Source: a virus
Taxonomy: Duplodnaviria; Heunggongvirae; Uroviricota; Caudoviricetes
IMG/VR virus record: IMGVR_UViG_3300014522_000013
Strand: one strand, 5' to 3'
Length of the DNA stretch: 6,214 nt
A program made the position numbers and the translations under genes. The notes under the pieces are model-generated. The model saw only the letters and a list, made by a program, of their open reading frames with translations. It was not told the origin of the DNA and did not search any database. Positions 1 through 5,706 of this stretch are shown here, in pieces (within the stretch, counting starts at the first letter, position 1; the number at the start of each line of letters is the position of its first letter).

Positions 1-104
1 GAGTGCGAGGATTGTTATTGTCTTTTCTTCGTGCATTTGTCGCACTTTCGGCACCATCCAGATAGGCACATCCGTCCGCAATTAACACATATAGGCCACA
101 TCAT
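1..104 (-). CDS. Cys-rich small protein, 5' part only (continues beyond the left edge of the window); possible zinc-ribbon protein
   Basis: Hand translation on the minus strand: ATG at 104..102 overlaps the TGA of the upstream gene (103..101) as ATGA. Translation MMWAICVNCGRMCLSGWCRKCDKCTKERQIQSSH... contains C-x2-C-x3-C and C-x2-C-x2-C spacings. GAGGA lies 4 nt upstream. Not in the supplied ORF track; reading frame is still open at position 1. Confidence 0.3.
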
Positions 105-379
105 TTTTCCTCTTTTGGTTTATGAATCTGAATGGTCATGCCACTTTGAGTGGTGACTACAACGACAGAACCAGGCTGAAGACTGTTAAGATTGAATGCT
201 TCGTAAAACGAAGCCAAGGCCAGCGCTTTTTTATTCTTTCGGTTCCACCAACGCCATCCATTGCTACAGGCTACACTGACAATCCACTGTCCACTCCTGT
301 AAGCCATATAAAACCAGATGAGCAAAACCTGAATGAATGCTATCCAGTCAATAATCGTATATTTCGCGAAGGAGACCAT
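101..379 (-). CDS. small hydrophobic (probable membrane) protein, about 92 aa, function unknown
   Basis: Track ORF 101..382 begins at a TTG; the adjacent ATG at 379..377 has AGGAGG 7 nt upstream and overlaps the TGA of the DUF551 gene as TGATG. N-terminal stretch YTIIDWIAFIQVLLIWFYMAY is strongly hydrophobic, followed by a basic patch WRWWNRKNKK. Confidence 0.6.
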   Translation of the reverse strand: MVSFAKYTIIDWIAFIQVLLIWFYMAYRSGQWIVSVACSNGWRWWNRKNKKALALASFYEAFNLNSLQPGSVVVVTTQSGMTIQIHKPKEEK

Positions 380-1194
380 CAATTAACCTCCTGCGGCGGT
401 TCCGGTAGAGGCATCCAGTACAAGGCGTTCCCTAACCACGATAAAGTGCCGTCGCTCAACTCCACGTATTCCCCTTGTACCTGTCCTGCCATATACTCGC
501 CGTGCTTTGAATAAATTAAAATCCAATCATCTTGAGCGGGCATTCGCTCACTACAGCTTATCCAACCATCCGGAGTTACCGGATAGTTGCCAGCCAGTCT
601 ACGCAAAACAGTCTTAACCGCCTCAATACGGTCATCATCGCAACTTTCCAGCGTATCTATGCGATCGAGGATGATGATGGCGTTATCAATATCAGGATTG
701 CCGGTCCACTCATTACCGCGATTGGATTCGGCAGCCTGGTTGCCGCGTACTGGTTGATTCTCGGCTTTACCCTGTCTGTCGTCGCTGCATGAATGCCCTT
801 CCAGCCAGACCAGTGCTTGTCGCATGAAATACGCAATATGCTTGCCGTGGTAATCGTCTTCATCGATGTGAAAAGCGATACTGCGGATATATTCAATTGC
901 GTTTTCAATGGCCTCCGGCGTTACCGGAGTTGGTCCATCGAATTCGGGCATGTCAGGACCTTTTCTGATAGCTTTAGCCAGCTCCAGCGGGTCATCGTAA
1001 AGCCAGTCGCCAGTTTGTGGGTGATTTGCTTCTGCAAGCTGCGCAGCCCATTCAAGACCATCTTTTTGACCTTGGAGATAATCAAGCGGCAACTCTTCAT
1101 GATTACTTGCAGGTTCGGCACCATGAAGCATGGCGTCGCTCCGCTCTATGCCATCCAGCGCGATTCGCAGTGCCTGATAGTCAATCTTGCTCAC
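379..1194 (-). CDS. prophage protein with C-terminal DUF551-like domain (271 aa), GTG start
   Basis: C-terminal segment WISCSERMPAQDDWILIYS...YWMPLPEPP matches the remembered DUF551 signature (W-I-x-V/C-x-E-R-x-P ... W-M-P-L-P-E-P-P) common in enterobacterial prophages. GTG start at 1194 is preceded by AAGGAGG with a 6-nt spacer and overlaps the upstream stop as GTGA. Acidic N-terminal half. Confidence 0.78.
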   Translation of the reverse strand: MSKIDYQALRIALDGIERSDAMLHGAEPASNHEELPLDYLQGQKDGLEWAAQLAEANHPQTGDWLYDDPLELAKAIRKGPDMPEFDGPTPVTPEAIENAIEYIRSIAFHIDEDDYHGKHIAYFMRQALVWLEGHSCSDDRQGKAENQPVRGNQAAESNRGNEWTGNPDIDNAIIILDRIDTLESCDDDRIEAVKTVLRRLAGNYPVTPDGWISCSERMPAQDDWILIYSKHGEYMAGQVQGEYVELSDGTLSWLGNALYWMPLPEPPQEVN

Positions 1195-1766
1195 TGGTTG
1201 CCTCCTTTGCGAAGCTGGGCAGCAAAGTCAACTAACCACTCAGTCATTTCAACCTTCCCTACCAGGTCTGAACCAGGGTGCATACAGCAATCACTCTGCG
1301 CCGCTTTGAAATCCTTATACTCATATTCTTGGACCACCAGATTTTTTGCAGCTTCTATAGCAGCATCCACCCCCTGCGCCCGCACTTCAGACAGGAAAGC
1401 ATCAGTGGCTGGAATGGGCTTTTGTGGTGATATAGCAATGCGAATTGTCTCAAGGTCTGGATCTGTTTCCGCTGCTGGCACCTTGATATAACCCATCTGC
1501 ACCCCATTCATGATGAACCTGCGACGGTCATCACATATCGCCTTTAGCCCCGCACTCTCCGCTGCCAGCGCCGCGCACTTGGCCTCAAGGTTATCAATCG
1601 TGATTCCAGCAGAACGACACTCCCGCAACGCCGTTTCCAGTTTTGATTCAAGCTCACCGAACTTACGCACCAGATATTCAGCGTTTGTTTCGTTAACCTT
1701 TAAATCTCGTGGGATGCATTTACCTTTCAGAAATCCATCCATCTCAATTAGTGACATTTGTTTCAT
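1191..1766 (-). CDS. coiled-coil prophage protein, possibly Ea22-like family; function unknown
   Basis: Track ORF 1191..1784 starts at a GTG with no Shine-Dalgarno; the in-frame ATG at 1766 ([12 protein letters not shown]...) is the more likely start. Central segment [38 protein letters not shown] looks coiled-coil. Stop overlaps the DUF551 gene start. Ea22-like assignment is by position and general character only. Confidence 0.65.
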   Translation of the reverse strand: MKQMSLIEMDGFLKGKCIPRDLKVNETNAEYLVRKFGELESKLETALRECRSAGITIDNLEAKCAALAAESAGLKAICDDRRRFIMNGVQMGYIKVPAAETDPDLETIRIAISPQKPIPATDAFLSEVRAQGVDAAIEAAKNLVVQEYEYKDFKAAQSDCCMHPGSDLVGKVEMTEWLVDFAAQLRKGGNQ

Positions 1767-1923
1767 TTCTTCCCACTCCGCCACATCGCATTCAGATATT
1801 TGTTTTGATTTACTGAAGGAAAAGAATTTCTCTTAAGCAATTCCTCTCTCGATGGCATTGGCTTTACTCGTTGGCGAATAATCATTTCTGCCGGAAGAAT
1901 GCCGGGATTGTATGCAAGTCCTC

Positions 1924-2205
1924 TCATGATTTACTCTCCACTAACTGGTCAATAGCCATGCTAAGTGACATACCTAAAGTTTCGATATGCTGCTGAATAT
2001 CCTGTAGCGTCTGCGCCTGAGATAACAGGATTTCACGGTTGCATAACTCTTTAACCAGATGCTCAAACTTGCTGTAATAACCGATACGACTTAGTGTTTC
2101 TTTCCCTGCATTCTCGCCTTCTTTGATAATTCCTCTTTCACTAAGAATCAGGTCGTGTTTGGTTCCGGTAATAACGTATTTTCCGAGGTCGATGTTTAGC
2201 TTCAT
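1924..2205 (-). CDS. hypothetical phage protein (93 aa)
   Basis: ATG at 2205 with GGAGT 8 nt upstream; 16 nt after the stop of the preceding gene; codon usage consistent with neighbours. No family recognised. Confidence 0.65.
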   Translation of the reverse strand: MKLNIDLGKYVITGTKHDLILSERGIIKEGENAGKETLSRIGYYSKFEHLVKELCNREILLSQAQTLQDIQQHIETLGMSLSMAIDQLVESKS

Positions 2206-2221
2206 TGTTAATTACTCCATG

Positions 2222-2536
2222 TTAATTTATTCGTATGCCTGCTCTTTCTTCATCGAGTTTTTTTAGCTTGTATCGCATAGCTCTTACTGAATAAATTGAG
2301 CGGCAGGTTGCAATTGCTATTTCTTCTGCGGAGAACTTACCGAAAAGTGATACTTCGGCTCTTGTCCAGCGTCTTCCACGAAGTCGGCTAACAATGTCAG
2401 CGCCAATCCTTGTTGCTTTTGCCATTACTGCTTTTTCAGTCCTTTCCAGTTTTTCAGCGATAACTTGAACTGGCATTGTCGCCGCTACTTCGCGCAAGAA
2501 ATCGACTTCCCATTTCTCCCATGGAGTCTTTTTCAT
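2222..2536 (-). CDS. small protein with two internal HTH-like (Myb/SANT-like W-x3-E-V-x2-L...I-A...R-x4-A-x-R-x-K-L) repeats; putative DNA-binding protein
   Basis: Residues ~5-45 (PWEKWEVDFLREVAATMPVQVIAEKLERTEKAVMAKATRIG) and ~56-94 (RWTRAEVSLFGKFSAEEIAIATCRSIYSVRAMRYKLKKL) align as a duplicated motif. ATG at 2536 lies 11 nt after the Gp157 stop and has only a weak Shine-Dalgarno, so re-initiation is likely. Confidence 0.65.
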   Translation of the reverse strand: MKKTPWEKWEVDFLREVAATMPVQVIAEKLERTEKAVMAKATRIGADIVSRLRGRRWTRAEVSLFGKFSAEEIAIATCRSIYSVRAMRYKLKKLDEERAGIRIN

Positions 2537-2547
2537 AGTCGATACCG

Positions 2548-3030
2548 TTATTTGATAAGAAGTGAAGGTTTCCCAACCTTGAGTTGAGCGCCGGGGATAT
2601 TTATTCCTGCTTTTAGTTGGTGCTTGATTGCCAACTTGTCGGCTTTAATTGTCGTTTCGAACTCAACGTATTCAGGAGGAAGGGCGCTTGAGTCGATGAT
2701 TTCTACAGTTTCTGACGGTTTGCGGATTGTTACCTGGTGAATACCTGCTCTAATCTTTTTCTTGCCAACCATTTCAAGCGATGACGCTATATATGATTTG
2801 ATGCTGTCAATCTTATTTTGAATTACTGCGGCTCGCTCATTCAGCGACTTTGCCTCTTCCTTGAGGCGTTCAGCATAACCAGATTCATTTTTAATGACGG
2901 AAAGAAGTTGCTCTATTTTATCGGTAAATTCTCCTTCCATGCCTTCTATTGTGTCAGCAATCATCTCTGGTTCTAAATCTGAATCCATCAATTTTGCGTA
3001 TTCATTGGCAATTTCATACAGTTTGCTCAC
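2548..3030 (-). CDS. Siphovirus Gp157-family protein (recombination-module accessory protein), about 160 aa
   Basis: Translation (..SKLYEIANEYAKLMDSDLEPEMIADTIEGMEGEFTDKIEQL...IPGAQLKVGKPSLLIK) has the size and pattern remembered for the Sipho_Gp157 family. Track start is a TTG at 3036 that abuts GGAGG; the GTG at 3030 has GGAGG with a 6-nt spacer and is the likely start. Overlaps the RecT 3' end by 17 nt. Confidence 0.78.
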   Translation of the reverse strand: MSKLYEIANEYAKLMDSDLEPEMIADTIEGMEGEFTDKIEQLLSVIKNESGYAERLKEEAKSLNERAAVIQNKIDSIKSYIASSLEMVGKKKIRAGIHQVTIRKPSETVEIIDSSALPPEYVEFETTIKADKLAIKHQLKAGINIPGAQLKVGKPSLLIK

Positions 3031-3916
3031 TGGCAACCTCCAGTTTCGCTTTGCATTCTGCGTAAATGGCTTGTACGTTCTGCTGCAATTTCATTCCAGA
3101 TGTCAGGCGATATGCTTCTGCAAAATATCGCTTCAAATCATCCATGTTTTCTGCCTGAGCCATTTCATCGCAAAGAAGTTGTGCTTTATCCATTATTTCC
3201 TGCTGGCGTTTCCGTTCATCTTCGCGGATATCTTCCTCTGATTTGTGCGGCATAACTGGTTCCTGATGCATACCTTCATCTTCGTTAAGAAGGTGAATGG
3301 CATTATCCAGTCGCTGGGCTTTAGGCCAGTATTTGCTGGCGCGTTTAACTATTGTTTTACGCGCCATCTCTTCCCAGAATGTTTTCCACGGTCCATTCTT
3401 TGCCTTGCTCGTTGCTTCCACAGCTTTAATTTCTGCCAGACTCATTTCTTCAGTCAGGTAGTCACCATCTGCTGTTTTAACCGTGCAATAACCTCCAACA
3501 ATAGAGCCTCGCTCACCAAATGCGTTGTATTTGTGGGTTGGTGCTGAATCAAGGCCATTTGATTCATAGGTGTCGTTTGAGTACACCAGTTTGCATTGCC
3601 CCCACTTAATTGATCCTGTCGATTGCGCAAGATGAAGTAATCCCATGTAACTGATATCAAGGCACACCATGCCGTCGCGAGGAACCAGATAAGCCAGTTT
3701 GCTGGCCGGGTTTAAGGTGATGCCGATCGCCGCAACATTGATGATGGCGTTCTGTGCGCTGGTTGGATTTGCCAGTGCTGTTTTAGCCAGGTAATCGTTT
3801 TTCTGGAAATACTGAATTGCAAACTGGCTTTCCTTAGCCCATGTCACCGTCTGTTCAGTCAATGCTCCGCAGAATAACTGCTCCTGCTGTTTAACGAATT
3901 CAACGATATTGCTCAT
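3014..3916 (-). CDS. recT: RecT-family single-strand annealing protein (phage recombinase)
   Basis: 300-aa translation carries the RecT/Red-beta core motif ...KNGPWKTFWEEMARKTIVKRASKYWPK..., comparable to E. coli RecT ...NGPWVTHWEEMAKKTAIRRLFKYLPV.... ATG at 3916 overlaps the stop of the upstream 103-aa gene as ATGA; GGAGAAG Shine-Dalgarno upstream. Confidence 0.9.
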   Translation of the reverse strand: MSNIVEFVKQQEQLFCGALTEQTVTWAKESQFAIQYFQKNDYLAKTALANPTSAQNAIINVAAIGITLNPASKLAYLVPRDGMVCLDISYMGLLHLAQSTGSIKWGQCKLVYSNDTYESNGLDSAPTHKYNAFGERGSIVGGYCTVKTADGDYLTEEMSLAEIKAVEATSKAKNGPWKTFWEEMARKTIVKRASKYWPKAQRLDNAIHLLNEDEGMHQEPVMPHKSEEDIREDERKRQQEIMDKAQLLCDEMAQAENMDDLKRYFAEAYRLTSGMKLQQNVQAIYAECKAKLEVASEQTV

Positions 3917-4224
3917 GCAGCTTCTCCAAAAATGTGTCTGCGTTTGAATATTGCGAAGGCATATTCAGCCTTAACTCTTTCGGTTATTGCATCCCAGAAC
4001 CATTCAGCGGCTTTTTCCTGATAGTTACAGTCATCATCTTCCAGCCAGTCGATAGCGTCCTTAGTGTGTTCATCTGGTTTATATGAGCGAAGCATTTCGC
4101 TTATTGGGTCGCAACGTTTGCAGAGACGATCAACTTCACTGTTGATTCGTTCGTAATCTTCATCAGTAAAACTTGCGATTATTTGCGATATTTCACGCTT
4201 ATCATTCAGAGTCAGAATCATCAT
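3913..4224 (-). CDS. hypothetical acidic 103-aa protein translationally coupled to recT; function unknown (possible host-nuclease modulator, by position only)
   Basis: ATG-ATG start at 4224/4221 with AGGAG 4-7 nt upstream; ATGA overlap with recT. Acidic and Trp/Cys-containing (DWLEDDDCNYQEKAAEWFWDAITERVKAEYAFAIF). No similarity to lambda Gam recognised. Confidence 0.72.
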   Translation of the reverse strand: MMILTLNDKREISQIIASFTDEDYERINSEVDRLCKRCDPISEMLRSYKPDEHTKDAIDWLEDDDCNYQEKAAEWFWDAITERVKAEYAFAIFKRRHIFGEAA

Positions 4225-4309
4225 CTTTCTCCTGTTCTTTGTGCTGATTGAGCATTTTGTTCATCTGACGAATGAATTCTTCGTCTGACCAGTTATCTGT
4301 AAAACTCAT
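4202..4309 (-). CDS. candidate 35-aa acidic micro-protein (MSFTDNWSDEEFIRQMNKMLNQHKEQEKDDDSDSE)
   Basis: Hand translation; ATG at 4309..4307 overlaps the TGA of the Kil-like ORF (4308..4306) as ATGA, and its 3' end overlaps the 103-aa gene start by 23 nt. Weak Shine-Dalgarno. Not in the supplied track (below its length threshold). Confidence 0.3.
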   Translation of the reverse strand: MSFTDNWSDEEFIRQMNKMLNQHKEQEKDDDSDSE

Positions 4310-4458
4310 TTCCTGCGATACCACGGAAGGTTGATAGCTGATTTCATCGCTTTATTTGCTTCAAACCACATTTTTGAATCACCAATAAATCTGGCTATTA
4401 CTGCTTTGTTCTGTGCAGCACGAAGCATCTGGTGATTAATGGCTATTTCATTGCGCAT
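4306..4458 (-). CDS. kil: Kil-like small protein (candidate host cell-division inhibitor), 50 aa
   Basis: Hand translation MRNEIAINHQMLRAAQNKAVIARFIGDSKMWFEANKAMKSAINLPWYRRK; GAGG Shine-Dalgarno 7 nt upstream of ATG 4458. Its start overlaps the 3' end of the cIII homologue by 16 nt, as kil overlaps cIII in lambda. The FIGD-x-KM segment recalls lambda Kil, but that recollection is uncertain. Confidence 0.5.
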   Translation of the reverse strand: MRNEIAINHQMLRAAQNKAVIARFIGDSKMWFEANKAMKSAINLPWYRRK

Positions 4459-4574
4459 AATAAGACCTCAACTCTTTTCCATCCGTCACGTAATTTANNN
4501 NNNNNNNNNTCAAGTAAAGATTCATTTAATTGGAAGGCACCCATGCGAGCGCCTCCCGCGATTGCGTAAATCAT
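4443..4574 (-). CDS. cIII: CIII-like protein (FtsH/HflB protease inhibitor that stabilises CII), about 43 aa; four and a half codons are masked by the N-run
   Basis: Hand translation MIYAIAGGARMGAFQLNESLL-[E/D]-xxx-[x]-KLRDGWKRVEVLLCAMK against lambda CIII MQYAIAGWPVAGCPSESLLERITRKLRDGWKRLIDIL.... Readable bases in the two partly masked codons (GAN and NNT) fit Glu and Arg(CGT) of lambda ERITR. AAGGAA Shine-Dalgarno 7 nt upstream of ATG 4574. Missed by the ORF track because of the Ns. Confidence 0.82.
   Translation of the reverse strand: MIYAIAGGARMGAFQLNESLLXXXXXKLRDGWKRVEVLLCAMK
4498..4509. other. 12-nt run of N (masked or unresolved bases) inside the cIII-like coding sequence
   Basis: Literal n characters in the sequence; flanking reading frame is continuous if the run length is correct. 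Confidence 0.95.
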
Positions 4575-4598
4575 GGGTGGTTCCTTATGTTGGTTTTA

Positions 4599-5567
4599 TT
4601 AGTAGGTTATTTTTGTTGCGAATACTTCGCCTTTTACGATGGCTGTTATGATATTTTTAGCAACATCTTCTGGTGCGCCAACCTTGATAAGGTCAGCAAG
4701 TATTTTGTTATTTACTTCTTTCCGGTGAGCTTTATCCTTTGCTCTACGCTCTTCTTCGTCCTTGATTCTTTTTTCTTCTGCTATTCTGGCTTGCTCTTTT
4801 GCTTCAGCCTCGCGCCGGATTCGTTCAGCCTCCTCCTGTGCTTTTCGGCGTTCTGCTTCAATTGCCGCCTGCTTTTCTCTTTCAGCTCGTTCTGCTGCCT
4901 CTTTTGCTTCGCGCTGTGCTCGTTGCTCGGCTTCAATGCGTTCACGCTCTGCACGTTCCGCTGCGGCCTTAGCTTCTGCTTCTCGCCTTGCTGCTGCTTC
5001 AATTTCGGCTTTTGCCTTTGCTTCGGCTTCAGCTCTGGCTTTCTCTTCAGCTTCTCTTTGTAAGCGTTCTTCATGCTCTCGCTTTTCCTGCTCCGCTTTG
5101 AGTCTTGCCTCTTCTCTTTGGCGGTCAAATTCGCGATCCATCAAAATCGCTATTTCATGGTCAGACTCAATTTGCTTTGCGAGAGCTTCAGCTGCTGCCT
5201 TAGCTTCTTCTTCGGCTTTAATCCGCGCCTGTTCTTCCTCATAATCAGTAAGAGGCTGGCGCGCCTTGGCTTTCAGTTCATCAAGGCGATCGCGCACTGT
5301 CTTGCGGTTGGCATCAATTAGCTTTGGAATTTCCTTCAGTTCAGCAACAAGGTCTTTGCCAAGACCATCGAGATATGTTTTCGTCTGCGCAACTTTATAC
5401 GCCAGAGAAGCGATCTCCTTTCTGCCCTTTGCCGTTGTGATATCAGGCACAAAGGACATAACTTCACGTTCAACCTTTTGAAGGATTTCTTCAATCTGGT
5501 CGGCAGACTGAAATACAGTCATTGCATTTGCTTTTTCAATAACAACTAAATCTGTTACTTCACTCAT
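4599..5567 (-). CDS. 322-aa protein: globular N-terminal domain (~105 aa), ~170-aa Glu/Arg/Ala/Lys-rich predicted single alpha-helix or coiled-coil, short C-terminal domain; function unknown
   Basis: Long ORF with GGAGG Shine-Dalgarno 4-5 nt upstream of ATG 5567. Central region is runs such as EAEAKAKAEIEAAARREAEAKAAAERAERERIEAEQRAQREAKEAAERAEREKQAAIEAERRKAQEEAERIRREAEAKEQARIAEEKRIKDEEERRAKDKAHRKE. Stop lies 24 nt upstream of cIII. Confidence 0.85.
   Translation of the reverse strand: MSEVTDLVVIEKANAMTVFQSADQIEEILQKVEREVMSFVPDITTAKGRKEIASLAYKVAQTKTYLDGLGKDLVAELKEIPKLIDANRKTVRDRLDELKAKARQPLTDYEEEQARIKAEEEAKAAAEALAKQIESDHEIAILMDREFDRQREEARLKAEQEKREHEERLQREAEEKARAEAEAKAKAEIEAAARREAEAKAAAERAERERIEAEQRAQREAKEAAERAEREKQAAIEAERRKAQEEAERIRREAEAKEQARIAEEKRIKDEEERRAKDKAHRKEVNNKILADLIKVGAPEDVAKNIITAIVKGEVFATKITY
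4745..5255 (-). repeat. compositionally biased, codon-repetitive DNA (CT/GC-rich on the plus strand) encoding the E/R/A/K-rich segment of the 322-aa protein
   Basis: Plus strand is dominated by gcttc/ctgc/ttct-type units without exact long tandem repeats; it generates several spurious overlapping ORFs in other frames (4530..5063 +, 4762..5244 +, 4781..5128 -). Confidence 0.6.
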
Positions 5568-5600
5568 ATATCCTCCATCAAAAAATCGCCCTCACATTGG

Positions 5601-5678
5601 NNNNNNNNNNNNNNNNNNNNNNNNNNNNNNNNNNNNNNNNNNNNNNNNNNNNNNNNNNNNNNNNNNNNNNNNNNNNNN
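5601..5678. other. 78-nt run of N (masked or unresolved bases) between the AT-rich orphan gene and the 322-aa gene
   Basis: Literal n characters; content cannot be read. Followed on the minus strand by ccaatgtgagggcgaTTTTTTga and then the Shine-Dalgarno of the 322-aa gene. Confidence 0.95.
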
Positions 5679-5706
5679 TGGAATGAATACACAGTGCTTA
5701 TTCGTA

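Noticed and set aside
2-46. 7-bp inverted repeat agtgcga / tcgcact separated by about 31 nt
   Set aside because: It lies inside the candidate Cys-rich coding region, has too long a loop and no following U-tract for an intrinsic terminator; probably chance.
122-1491. Plus-strand ORFs 122..514, 532..792, 793..1491 and 1017..1235
   Set aside because: All lie antisense to minus-strand genes that have good ribosome-binding sites, coupling and recognisable domains (DUF551). They show no Shine-Dalgarno support and are most likely shadow ORFs.
1510-3547. Plus-strand ORFs 1510..1836, 2894..3241 and 3245..3547
   Set aside because: Antisense to the coiled-coil gene, Gp157 and recT respectively, with no ribosome-binding support.
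3913-4224. Calling the 103-aa protein Gam
   Set aside because: No resemblance to lambda Gam was recognised; only its position before the annealase suggests a nuclease-modulating role.
4439-4651. Plus-strand ORF 4439..4651 and minus-strand ORF 5592..5780 containing X residues
   Set aside because: Both are read through N-runs and are antisense to, or downstream of, better-supported genes; they are artefacts of masked bases.
4530-5244. Plus-strand ORFs 4530..5063 and 4762..5244 (Ser/Ala/Cys/Phe-rich) and minus-strand alternate-frame ORF 4781..5128 (Lys/Arg/Gln-rich)
   Set aside because: They are by-products of the codon-repetitive DNA encoding the E/R/A/K segment of the 322-aa protein; their low-complexity translations and lack of start context argue against real genes.
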